From positions 1-64,000 of IMG/VR virus record IMGVR_UViG_3300032293_000766: a stretch of DNA of 64,000 bases. One strand, 5' to 3'. The stretch is from a virus. Position 1 is the stretch's first letter. Every line of letters starts with the position of its first letter. Position numbers and translations under genes: made by a program. Shown here piece after piece: positions 15,900-26,500 of the stretch. The notes under the pieces were generated by a model that saw nothing but the letters and a program-made list of their open reading frames with translations, had not been told where the DNA came from and did no database searches.

Positions 15900-18800
15900 A
15901 TGATTCTATCAAAAAATCAGCTTGTAGACAGCATTAATAGAGTTCTACCAGATAATAATTCTGGTAGAATTTCACCTAAAGATTTAAGAGAAAGCCTAGT
16001 AAACATACTAGACTCTCTTCCTAATATCTTAGTTACTACAAATTTGAATTCAGCAAATTTTGCTACAGTTAATGATAGAACTACTAAGGCTGGTGAAAAT
16101 ACACTATCTAGATCAGTCAGCACTGTTGGATATCTCAGTCAAGATAATTCTGCCTTTGGTTATTCAGCACTAGCTTCAAACTACCAATCAAGCTTTAATA
16201 CAGCCATTGGTTCTTTTGCTATGAGTTGTAATTTATACGGTAGTAAAAATATTGCAATAGGTTACAATTCTCTACCTAGTATCATTGACGGTATTGGTAA
16301 TGTTTCTATTGGAAATTATTCGTTATATCTAAATAAACACAGAAATTACAATATAGCTTTAGGTCATGCCGCTGGATATCATTTAAATAAACTTCCAGAC
16401 CTAGAGCAAGACTATAATTTATTCGTTGCTTCGTATGACATTGATTATGATGATATGTGTGGGTCTTCTGGTAATACCAGAAATGATTTAAGACCATTAA
16501 TATTTGGAAAACTATCTTCATCCAATTTAAAATTAGCAATAGCCCCAACAGTAAATAGCACGGGCATTTCGCTTCACAACGAAGCCGTCCTACAGGTTGG
16601 TGGTAATATCGGCCCCACTATGTCTGGTAGGCTGGATGTTAATAACGATACCTCTATAGCTTTATTTGACTTAGGTAGTCGTAATTACTGGTGGAGAAGT
16701 TTATATCTAGATAAATCAATAGAATTTTTAGATAACTTATCGTTTAATAAGCCACCTCAGTCTCAAGGCGATACCAACAATACTTTATTATTTCTCTCCA
16801 AAGATGGTTATATTGGATTAAACACTACTAATTTACATAGATCAGAAGGGTTAGTTACATCTAAGGGCAGTATAATACCCGAGGCAGATAATTTTTATGA
16901 TCTAGGTTCTCCAAATCACGCTTGGAGAAATGCTATTGTAAATAATCTTGTTATACAAAACAGTATTTTACTACCACAGCTTAAAAGATTTTACTTAGCA
17001 TCAAATATTGATCTCAATGGTAATGCCGTTGGTTTATTTTCAGACGATTTAATTAACAATGCTGGACTGTATTTAAAGTCTAAAGATTATTGGTACGATA
17101 GAGAATATAGTATATCTTATCTAGCCCCTACTCCGTCTACAGATACGCCGGATGTTAAAAAGCCTTCCTTACTAATAAATTTTAATCAGGGCATATCAGA
17201 TTTTTCAGATAATAATTTTACCGTTAATAACATCAACAGTACGCTATCTACTGTAAGTTATAAGTCTGGCACTCAAAGCTTATATCTCAATGGTTCCGGT
17301 AGACAGGGTATACAAACTTCTATATTAAACGCATTTGCTTTTGATCTTAATGATTTTACGATAGACTTTTGGATTAGGCCAGACAGTTTGCCTTCTTCAG
17401 CAGACGTATATAGATTCTTATTAGATATGCGTCCAACAAATGCAAATGGACAGTACGTACTATTGTCTCTACTTTCAGATGGAAGATTGCAGTATTCAAC
17501 TAATATAGATAGTAGTAACCTCGTTACACTCACAACAAATTCTAATCAAACAGTAGCCCCACTTTCTTGGAATCACATAGCTGTTACTAGAATTAATGGC
17601 GTTTTGAGAATATTCATTAATGGTACATTGTCTGGTTCTGTGAATGATAATACTAGATATTTATCTCAAGCCTTTAGGTTTGGTCACACCGCTTGGACAT
17701 CAACTCATTACAATGTTAACAACTATGTTGGATACGTTGATGACATTAGAATTGTTAATGGTATAGGAATATTCAGTAATAACTTTGATAAAAATAATGT
17801 AACACTTACAAATGTTTCTTTAACTAAGAATTTCAATAGAGATGCTTCTTGGTTATCTAATATTAGCCTACGCATTAATAGTCAAGGGTTCTTAAAAACA
17901 AGAAGAATATTAGGCTACGAGGATGGATTAGATTTAGTCTCTAGTGGTAATGTGCTATCACTTGAAAACAGCCTAGTGTATAAGCCACTTAGCTCTCTTT
18001 CTACTCCATCTAGCGGGACACATGTCAGCTTTATATCTAAGTCTGAAAATGAATATAATCAACTAATTGAATATAAAAATCCATCATTTGATGGTAAAAT
18101 TACTCAACAGTTTATAACAAATTATAATGATAACAAGCAAGGTGCTGAGTTAAAATTTGCAAGAAATAATAGAACCTTAGATATTAATTTCGTAGACGGC
18201 AACGCAACTAATACTGTAGCTTCTTTTTCTAAAGATAAAGTAACTTTCATCAAGGGCGATAATCAATTTGATATTTTTGATTTAGTAGTTGAGGGATATG
18301 CAAAAACTAATATAGACGCTCCAGTATCAGCAGACTTCCCTACTAGTGGCATATTGATTTTAAAAAATTCTCAATGGATCAACAGAAAAGAAATTACTGT
18401 TGTCAATAGGGATGCTTCTTTAGACATTAATAGGGGTCACTATATTGTTGCTGCTTCTATAAACGGTGAATATAGACCAGTTTGGGTAAGTTGTGATGAA
18501 ACAGATATTGGTCAAGTAATACCTTCTGGTATTGATGAAAGTTTTGTAATGAAAATATCTAATATGTATTTACAGTACATAAGAGAAGATAAGATAGTAT
18601 CAGATACTGTTACTCCAGATCAAGAAGGAGTTGTTTTAAGATTAGGTAACGCAAACCTTAATTACTTAAGACAAGATGTTAGCCCAAATCCAAACTTAAA
18701 AGACAATTTTGCTGTATTTGGAAGAGTGAGTTCTGGAACTTACGTTGGTACTGAAGGATATTTTTACCCATTGGCAAAAGATGTATCACAAGTTGTTGGA

Positions 18801-21542
18801 CAAACTCCAATACAGTTTATGTTTGATGAATTTCCTAATCAACTTTTTTATATGCCTACTGGAAATCAAAACATTGGAGTTGGAACAGATGGAAATTATA
18901 CGCTATATACTCAAGGTAGAATACCAACATTTTTTGAACTAGGAATAGTCGTACAAGAAAATAATGGATTCAATGATCAATTTATATCAACCCAACAACC
19001 TTTTGCTTTAGGCTCATCAGATTTTACCATAGAGTTTATGTTAAGGCCGCAGCCTTCTACTTTTGATAGATTGAGATATTTATATGATTCAAGGCCAACA
19101 AATGTTTTAAACAGTACAGATATCGTCAACGGTACTTATCACTCACTAGTTCTTACTAAGGAAAGAGAATTACTATATAACATAGTAGATTCTAATGGTT
19201 TGCGTGATACAAAAATACAAACTCCTACTGGAATATTAGTCGCCAACACATGGCATCATGTAGCAATATCTAGAAAAGATAAAGTAACTAGATTATTCGT
19301 TAATGGCACCCAAAGAGGTTTATCATTTATTGATGAATATAACTATAGTTCTTCTTCTCCTACATTTTTTAACTCCCAAACAAAGACGCCATTTGATTAT
19401 GAATCCAACAACTTGCAAGGATTATTGCTGCCATCTGTAATGACTAGAGTAGATGGTTTTTATGGTCACGTAGACGATATTTTACTTGTCAATAGTGGAC
19501 TTTATGGTGGTAATTTTACATATTCTTCTTTACAATCACGCTCATCTCAATTATCAAGCAATGCAAGTGGTTTAAGAATAACTTTTGCAAATGCACTAGT
19601 TCAAGATAGCTTAAACAATAGGGGCTTAAATTTTCCAGGCGTTTCTGTTTCTAATGATATTGTTAACCCAACTAATGGTAATACTGGGCCTAGCTTGTTC
19701 GTAGGCAACAGTGGAAATATTAACACTGTTAGATCAAGCTATGTATATAATCTCAATAACTCTAAGCGTATTTATATATCCGACGCTAGAACTGCTCAGA
19801 GAAATAATGAAACTCTGCCACACTATACGTTTGTTGACACTTTAGATCCCACTAAGAATCAAATTATAACAGATATTTTTACAATAGGCAAGCCAGAAGA
19901 TATTAATATTATTGGTGCATCTTTTGCTACTCCTGTTATTAGTGGAATACCAACAACTATTTTAGTGCAAGTTGGAGCAAGCGTTCCCAATGCGCCAGCC
20001 GGTTTACTTGTAACTAAGGGTAATCAAAGAGTTTCACTATCATGGACTCCCTCTTCTACAGCAGGGTTAGAAATTTTAGATTATGATATACAGTATTCAA
20101 GTAACAATGGAGCAACTTGGACTACATTTATTAAGCCAATCAGCACTAATACTAGCGCTATTATTACTTCGCTTGTAAATGGTACATCTTATATTTTTAG
20201 AGTAGCTACCATTAATAGGATAGGAAAAGGCGCATATTCAATCCCAAGTATTGCTGTTACTCCTTCTCTATCTTCTCCAGAGGAACCAACCGGCTTGAGC
20301 GCACAGGGTACTAATGCGTCACTAGTCTTATCTTGGTTTGCTCCATTAAGTAATGGTGGAGCTAATATTTCTAATTATAGCGTTCAATACAGTACAGATA
20401 GCGGGCTGACATATACTTCAGTCACTACTAATTCTACAAATAATACATTCATATTACTTAATCTTGTTAACGGTACAGAATATACTGTAAGAGTAGCGGC
20501 TATAAATAGCGTCGGCGTTGGTACTTATAGTCAAACTATTACCGCAAGACCTGTTAATCAGTTACCTTCAGAGCCACGAAATTTAAACATTACTCGCACC
20601 AACTTCAGAGAACTTACTGTTAATTGGTTACAGCCTCTTTTTAATGGTGGTTCTAATATTAATAAATACAATATTTCTTATGCGGTTAATAATGATAGTG
20701 TTTACAATACTATTTTTGCAAGCGGCAATGCTAATTCTCTATCTATACCAAATTTATTGCTTGGTAGTGGATACGTTTTTAAGATAAGTGCTGAGAATAC
20801 ATTCGGCGCTGGTCTTTCTACTCCGCTTTCAGACCCTATCCTAGTATCTTCTGGAACAATTCCTAGCGCCCCTCTTAATTTATTAGGCACCGCATCTAAC
20901 AGGAGCGCATCTTTATCTTGGAACCCACCAGCAAACGATGGTGGCGGAAGCATAAGTGATTATACTATACAATACAGACAGATTAGTAAACCTAATGAGT
21001 CTTATCCATCTTTTGATTCATCTACAATAACTTTTAATGAAGGCGTCAGTACTTCCACTTCTAGTACGGTAACTTCTTTACAAAATGGCTCGTCTTACAA
21101 GTTTAAAGTATCTGCTAAAAACTATGTGGGCAATAGTCCATTCACATCTGAGACTATAGATATTACACCTTCGCGTATTCCATATGCGCCACAATTAGTA
21201 TCTGGTGTTTATGTTTTCAATAATGGAAGTATTTCTAATACTAAAACAGACAGAGTAAGGTTGAATTGGAATATACCTATTAGTGGATTCATGCCAACGC
21301 TTTCTTCTCCATTTGGAGATCCCGGCAATGGTGGTGCTATTATTACTGACTTCTTAATATCCTACAGTGGCTTGAAAAATAATGCTTATTCAAGTGTATA
21401 TAATTTTAATACTCAATCTATCGAAAATTTTGCAGTCATTACTAATTTAGATACTACTTTTGATTGGTATTTTAATATCAGAGCAATTAATCAAAATGGC
21501 CTAGGTGATATTAGCACTAGAGTATCTGGACAAATTTTATAA
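15900..21542 (+). CDS. Large fibre/adhesin: beta-roll repeats, 2 LamG domains, ~5 FN3 domains
   Basis: 1880 aa; NSAFGYSAL/NTAIG/NIAIG repeats; DFTIDFW..WNHIAV..GYVDDIRI LamG; LSW..P..GG..I.DY..QY..LVNGT.Y.FRVAA.N FN3. Confidence 0.85.
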   Translation: MILSKNQLVDSINRVLPDNNSGRISPKDLRESLVNILDSLPNILVTTNLNSANFATVNDRTTKAGENTLSRSVSTVGYLSQDNSAFGYSALASNYQSSFNTAIGSFAMSCNLYGSKNIAIGYNSLPSIIDGIGNVSIGNYSLYLNKHRNYNIALGHAAGYHLNKLPDLEQDYNLFVASYDIDYDDMCGSSGNTRNDLRPLIFGKLSSSNLKLAIAPTVNSTGISLHNEAVLQVGGNIGPTMSGRLDVNNDTSIALFDLGSRNYWWRSLYLDKSIEFLDNLSFNKPPQSQGDTNNTLLFLSKDGYIGLNTTNLHRSEGLVTSKGSIIPEADNFYDLGSPNHAWRNAIVNNLVIQNSILLPQLKRFYLASNIDLNGNAVGLFSDDLINNAGLYLKSKDYWYDREYSISYLAPTPSTDTPDVKKPSLLINFNQGISDFSDNNFTVNNINSTLSTVSYKSGTQSLYLNGSGRQGIQTSILNAFAFDLNDFTIDFWIRPDSLPSSADVYRFLLDMRPTNANGQYVLLSLLSDGRLQYSTNIDSSNLVTLTTNSNQTVAPLSWNHIAVTRINGVLRIFINGTLSGSVNDNTRYLSQAFRFGHTAWTSTHYNVNNYVGYVDDIRIVNGIGIFSNNFDKNNVTLTNVSLTKNFNRDASWLSNISLRINSQGFLKTRRILGYEDGLDLVSSGNVLSLENSLVYKPLSSLSTPSSGTHVSFISKSENEYNQLIEYKNPSFDGKITQQFITNYNDNKQGAELKFARNNRTLDINFVDGNATNTVASFSKDKVTFIKGDNQFDIFDLVVEGYAKTNIDAPVSADFPTSGILILKNSQWINRKEITVVNRDASLDINRGHYIVAASINGEYRPVWVSCDETDIGQVIPSGIDESFVMKISNMYLQYIREDKIVSDTVTPDQEGVVLRLGNANLNYLRQDVSPNPNLKDNFAVFGRVSSGTYVGTEGYFYPLAKDVSQVVGQTPIQFMFDEFPNQLFYMPTGNQNIGVGTDGNYTLYTQGRIPTFFELGIVVQENNGFNDQFISTQQPFALGSSDFTIEFMLRPQPSTFDRLRYLYDSRPTNVLNSTDIVNGTYHSLVLTKERELLYNIVDSNGLRDTKIQTPTGILVANTWHHVAISRKDKVTRLFVNGTQRGLSFIDEYNYSSSSPTFFNSQTKTPFDYESNNLQGLLLPSVMTRVDGFYGHVDDILLVNSGLYGGNFTYSSLQSRSSQLSSNASGLRITFANALVQDSLNNRGLNFPGVSVSNDIVNPTNGNTGPSLFVGNSGNINTVRSSYVYNLNNSKRIYISDARTAQRNNETLPHYTFVDTLDPTKNQIITDIFTIGKPEDINIIGASFATPVISGIPTTILVQVGASVPNAPAGLLVTKGNQRVSLSWTPSSTAGLEILDYDIQYSSNNGATWTTFIKPISTNTSAIITSLVNGTSYIFRVATINRIGKGAYSIPSIAVTPSLSSPEEPTGLSAQGTNASLVLSWFAPLSNGGANISNYSVQYSTDSGLTYTSVTTNSTNNTFILLNLVNGTEYTVRVAAINSVGVGTYSQTITARPVNQLPSEPRNLNITRTNFRELTVNWLQPLFNGGSNINKYNISYAVNNDSVYNTIFASGNANSLSIPNLLLGSGYVFKISAENTFGAGLSTPLSDPILVSSGTIPSAPLNLLGTASNRSASLSWNPPANDGGGSISDYTIQYRQISKPNESYPSFDSSTITFNEGVSTSTSSTVTSLQNGSSYKFKVSAKNYVGNSPFTSETIDITPSRIPYAPQLVSGVYVFNNGSISNTKTDRVRLNWNIPISGFMPTLSSPFGDPGNGGAIITDFLISYSGLKNNAYSSVYNFNTQSIENFAVITNLDTTFDWYFNIRAINQNGLGDISTRVSGQIL

Positions 21543-21554
21543 CGGAGACAATAT

Positions 21555-22961
21555 ATGGCACTTACAAACTTTGAAGGATTTGAAAGATACCAAAGCTATA
21601 CAGCTGTAAAGGATTTTATCAATATACCATTTGGACCAAGTAATGTTGCTGGTGTTGTTACACCGACTATAGTTTCTGGTCCGACTGCTAGAAATCAACT
21701 CAGTTGTCTATCTATGATTAGCAGTAGACAAGACTCAACTTATAATCCTGGCGGTTCTGGAGTTCAAACAAGATACCATAAGAATTTTTATCCTAAAGTA
21801 GCTATACCATTTAGAGATAATATTAATGAAGGCGTTCTTGGGTTTGCGTATCACTATTCTAAGCCATCTGATGGTCGATGGGGAGATGGAGTTTCTGTAT
21901 TTACTCCTTTTGCTTGCGTAACAGATGCAAACTATAGGCCACACTTTTATCTTTGTGCTACAAACAATGGCACTATACAAGTACGCGCTTGGAATACTAG
22001 CGCTTTATTAGACGATACGTTGACGGCTGTAGGATTTACTGCAATTAATGACTTTGTAAGTCGTAGTGTATGCGTTAGATATGGATACAATAATGTTTGT
22101 GAACAATTTATAGACGATCCCAAAAATTTAGTTACAGTAGGATCTGGATCAGATGCTAATCTTTCTATTGATCCATCAAAATTTATTTTACTTGGCACTA
22201 GCAGTGTTAATAACACGCTTATAGCAGATAATTGGAATTATATAGAATTGAAGTACAAGATAGACAATACTGCATTAGCAGAAAATGGTGGCTTTTTAGA
22301 ACTTAAAATTAATCGCTCTGCAAATTCTGTTGCTAATGATTTATATCTTGAAAAAATTAGAACAACATATCAAGCTGTTAATACTGCTTCTCATGCAGTT
22401 TTTGGTGTTGTTTGGGGTCATAGATCAGATAGTTCTTCCAATGCTGGAAATGCAGCTAATCTTGGATGGCGAACTTTAATAGACGATTTCTATTCTATAA
22501 GATCTGTATCTGGTCAAGTAGATCTAAATAATTTTCTTGGTGTTGTAAGCTGCGAGAAAGCCCCTTATTCATCATTTGTTCAAAATACATTCTCAAGTGG
22601 TGACTTACAAAGCATATCAGATCCTTTTGCTGGAGCAGACAGTTTTCTTATACCTTCTGGTAATGGCTCTTTAATATCAGATGACCAAGAGCAAGTTGCT
22701 AACTTCAATGTTAATATCAATACTAATAAAAACATATTAGCTATACAGCCAACCGTACACGCTTTTGCTCCTAGCTCACTGACTAAGTTAAACTTTTCAC
22801 TACTATTTGGTAGCTTAAAAACTGCTACTAGTGGCCTTTCTGTTAGCTCTAACAGTCAAGGCGGTATAACTTACGGCCCAGTATATTCTAGAGATATTAA
22901 TGGAAATATTTTTACTGATTTGACATTAAATAATCACGCAGTTAAACATGAGGTTTCATAA
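21555..22961 (+). CDS. Lectin-like virion protein, paralog of 32906..34180
   Basis: EGFE, WNYIELKY, IDDFY and NNFLGVVSC motifs. Confidence 0.65.
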   Translation: MALTNFEGFERYQSYTAVKDFINIPFGPSNVAGVVTPTIVSGPTARNQLSCLSMISSRQDSTYNPGGSGVQTRYHKNFYPKVAIPFRDNINEGVLGFAYHYSKPSDGRWGDGVSVFTPFACVTDANYRPHFYLCATNNGTIQVRAWNTSALLDDTLTAVGFTAINDFVSRSVCVRYGYNNVCEQFIDDPKNLVTVGSGSDANLSIDPSKFILLGTSSVNNTLIADNWNYIELKYKIDNTALAENGGFLELKINRSANSVANDLYLEKIRTTYQAVNTASHAVFGVVWGHRSDSSSNAGNAANLGWRTLIDDFYSIRSVSGQVDLNNFLGVVSCEKAPYSSFVQNTFSSGDLQSISDPFAGADSFLIPSGNGSLISDDQEQVANFNVNINTNKNILAIQPTVHAFAPSSLTKLNFSLLFGSLKTATSGLSVSSNSQGGITYGPVYSRDINGNIFTDLTLNNHAVKHEVS

Positions 22962-23569
22962 TGATATATTCTATCATATCTAATAATTTACCATTTGATA
23001 AGTATTTATCTCATTTACTACTTACTGGTGATAATGATCTAACTACTGTATATAGTGTGGATGAAGACTTTTTAAAGCTTCCTACATCTATCGATGATAG
23101 CATACTTACATTAAGAACCGTAGACCTAAGAGCCTTCTCGTCTTTCTATCAGCACAAACTTAACTTAGAGTGTACGGCTTTAAGAGAAAACATAGACACT
23201 GTGAATGATTTAGTATATTTCACAAAACACTTGAGCAAAAATATTATTCACTGTGGACTAACTGATTTTCTAGTAAGTCAATACTACTTACCTATTTCTG
23301 AATGCGTGATGCTATATGTCAAGTATGATTTTGACGCTATTAATACAGAATACTTTTTTGGCTCTTTAACTGAAAAAGATCATGAAAACTTCATGAAGAC
23401 TTCTGACATAATAGACAATATACGCTCAGAATATAGAATAGCTGGCAAGAATGTTGTCACTATAAAATACGACCAGTTGATTAACCAAAGTTTTAACTTA
23501 CACAACATCAATTTAAATCTTAATACAAATATTGATAGAAAGCTATTGCTCTATAAGTATTTAACATAA
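22961..23569 (+). CDS. Hypothetical protein (202 aa)
   Basis: ORF track; TAATG coupling to upstream gene. Confidence 0.65.
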   Translation: MIYSIISNNLPFDKYLSHLLLTGDNDLTTVYSVDEDFLKLPTSIDDSILTLRTVDLRAFSSFYQHKLNLECTALRENIDTVNDLVYFTKHLSKNIIHCGLTDFLVSQYYLPISECVMLYVKYDFDAINTEYFFGSLTEKDHENFMKTSDIIDNIRSEYRIAGKNVVTIKYDQLINQSFNLHNINLNLNTNIDRKLLLYKYLT

Positions 23570-23584
23570 TAGAGGTTTCATAAC

Positions 23585-26500
23585 ATGGGTAGGCCAGAAG
23601 ACTGTCATTGCCCGTGTGGCTATGAGCCGGTACTAAGAAGAAATCCTATAACTATAGTTATTACAGAGCAACCCAAAAATGCTACTGTCTATGATGATAT
23701 AGCCATTTTTAATATTAGCTCTACTATTGATCAACTGCCATCATATTATTATCAGTGGCAGAAAAGAAGTTTTTTTGAAGATTATTTTACTGATATACCA
23801 TTCGCAAATGGTTCAACTTTATTAGTTTCAAATCCTAGCATTGACGACAATGGCGCTAAGTATAGAGTATACATAGGTCACTATGGTAACGATCCGCCGG
23901 TTTATAGTGACGAAGCTACTCTTTCCATTACTAAAGACTTACCAAGCCCAACAATAAGTATTAAAAGTCACCCTAAGAGTATTGACTTAGGATTTTTAGA
24001 CAACACTATTTTATCCGTAGACGCCACAGTTAGTCCCAGCGTAAGACTATTTTATCAGTGGCAAATTAGTAAAAACGGTTTTGGTAATTTTCAAGATATA
24101 CCAAATGAAAATCAAAAAACGCTTTCATTAAAATCACTATTGTATGATAGGGATAATCTAAACGAATATAGAGTAAAGATCAAAACTTCATACTCGCCAG
24201 TTTATGTATATAGTAATATTGCTAGGATTACATTAACAAGATTTCCTAAGATTAGTATTATCTCTCATCCATCAGATACTCAGTCTAATCAAGGTGTTGC
24301 CAACTTTAACATTGAAGCATTAACTGATGATAGAACCCCGCTATCTTATGTTTGGCAAAGAAAAAGGCTATCAGACAATTCATTTATAACCATACCGCAA
24401 TCTACATCTAGCTCTCTCGTTGTAAGAAACTTAAATAACAGAGATGATGATGAATCTTTATATAGAGCTATTTTGTATGTTGGTAGTCTTAATAAGTCTA
24501 AGTTAAGTCAATATGCTAAGTTAAGTGTTCCTAAGTCAACAATTACTGCCATCAATCCCAATACATTTGCTCCCATTGCTGTTTCTGGTGAGATCAATTT
24601 ATCAGTTCTAGCAACTATTACTAGTGGAGATGAAATTATATATCAGTGGCAGAACAAGTCTAACGAATTTGATAATCTCTATACTAATATCTCTGGTGCA
24701 AACACCCCAAATCTTAAACTAACTAAATTAGAATATGATGTGGACGATAATGATATATACAGAATATTTTTGCAAGCTAGGTATTCTAAAGATGTAAGTA
24801 CTAGTCAATTTTTTACTATCAATGTGCCATATGCGCCCAAAATTAATGTCATAGATGATACGCAGCTTATCTTTGGAATTAGTGGCAACATAGGGAATGA
24901 CAGATCGTTTACTTTATTTTCCACGGCAGAGCTTGAATTTAATACAGTTACGCAAGTTTCTGGACAGCTTTTTGGGCTTTGGCAGTCTTATAATGCTAAT
25001 ACTAATAATTGGATAAATATAGCTAATCAGTCTGGCGACTATCTATCTATTAATAATGCAAGCTATCTACAGTATAACAATACTGAATTTAGAAGATTTT
25101 ATACAAGCGATCAGGGATCTACTCCTAAATTCAGTTCTTCGTTTGCAGTTTTCCTAAATAAACCCACCATCAACGTAACTCCATTACCAATATCTTTCTC
25201 TGGTATTGATGGAATAGCTGAAATATCAGTTAGCGCATCTGTTAATTTCAATCAAACGCTATCTTATCAATGGCAAAAATTTAACTCTATAACTTCTACA
25301 TATACTGATATACCGAACACAAACAACTCTACGCTAAGATTAGAAAATTTACGATATCTTGATAATAACTTGGATAGATACAGAGTCATAGTTAGTGCTA
25401 CCGATGGTGCTGATAGTGTTGCTAGTAATTTTAGCACTCTATTAATATCTAAACCGTTAATTACGTTTACAAAACCTTTAGCCGATCAAACGGCTTTAGC
25501 TCACTCAGCATTGTTTAGTATAGACGCAGTAATAACCAACACAAGCGCCCCTCTTTCATATCAATGGCAGAAGCTAGACAAAGATATTAATATCTATACT
25601 AATATGATAGGTGAAGATAAGTCATTTCTCTCTTTATCTAGACTAATAAGATCAAGAGATAATAATTCAATGTATAGAGTTGGTATACGAGGAATTGATG
25701 GTGCAGACTCTGTTATTTCAGAACCTAAGAAATTAAGTGTTGAGATACCAGCAGTGTCTATTATTAATCAGCCAGCATCAAGTATAAAAACAAGATCTAG
25801 CACTTTGACTTTGAATACTGACGCGACTGCTACTTATGAAGGAACTGTATCATATCAGTGGCAAGAATTTAATCCTAACTTAAACCATTCATCATTTGTT
25901 GATATATCTGGCGCTAATAGTAAAACCCTAACGGTATCTAATATTGGCTATTTTACTCATAATCTTACTAATTATAGAGCTAAGATAGGAACATTTGAGC
26001 CTGAGACGGTAAATGTATTTACTAATTTTTCACTATTAGAAATAACTCCAGTTGTTTTCTTAAGTAATCTTTATCAGAGCTATATCATAGATCAAGAAAA
26101 ACTTGTTGTATATGATACTAGATTAAGCAATGTATATCAATCATACTTATTAGACCAAGCACCTCTGATATTGCTAGATACGAGATTTAGCAATATGTAT
26201 CAATCCTACATACTAGATCAAACGCCTGCGATATTTTTAGATACAAGGTTGAGCAATATATATCAGTCATATCTATTAGACCAAGAGGTTATCAAAGTAG
26301 TAGATACGAGATTTAGTAATATGTATCAGTCTTATGCATTAGATCAAGATATACTTAGATTTAACTTTAGCGGTATACCTATTTTATCATCTGGATTTAT
26401 TAGTCAAAAATTCATTAACTTATACATCAATTCGTCGCAAGCCACAAGCTCTGGTTCTCAGTGGGAAGGCTATAGAGTACAGTTACAGAATACTGTAACT

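Noticed and set aside
22961-23569. Sulfotransferase assignment based on IKYDQLIN
   Set aside because: A single weak motif with no PAPS-binding signature.
26060-26350. 63-bp periodic repeat as a CRISPR or guide-RNA array
   Set aside because: It is in frame within a CDS, variation is mostly synonymous, and there is no invariant nucleotide repeat.
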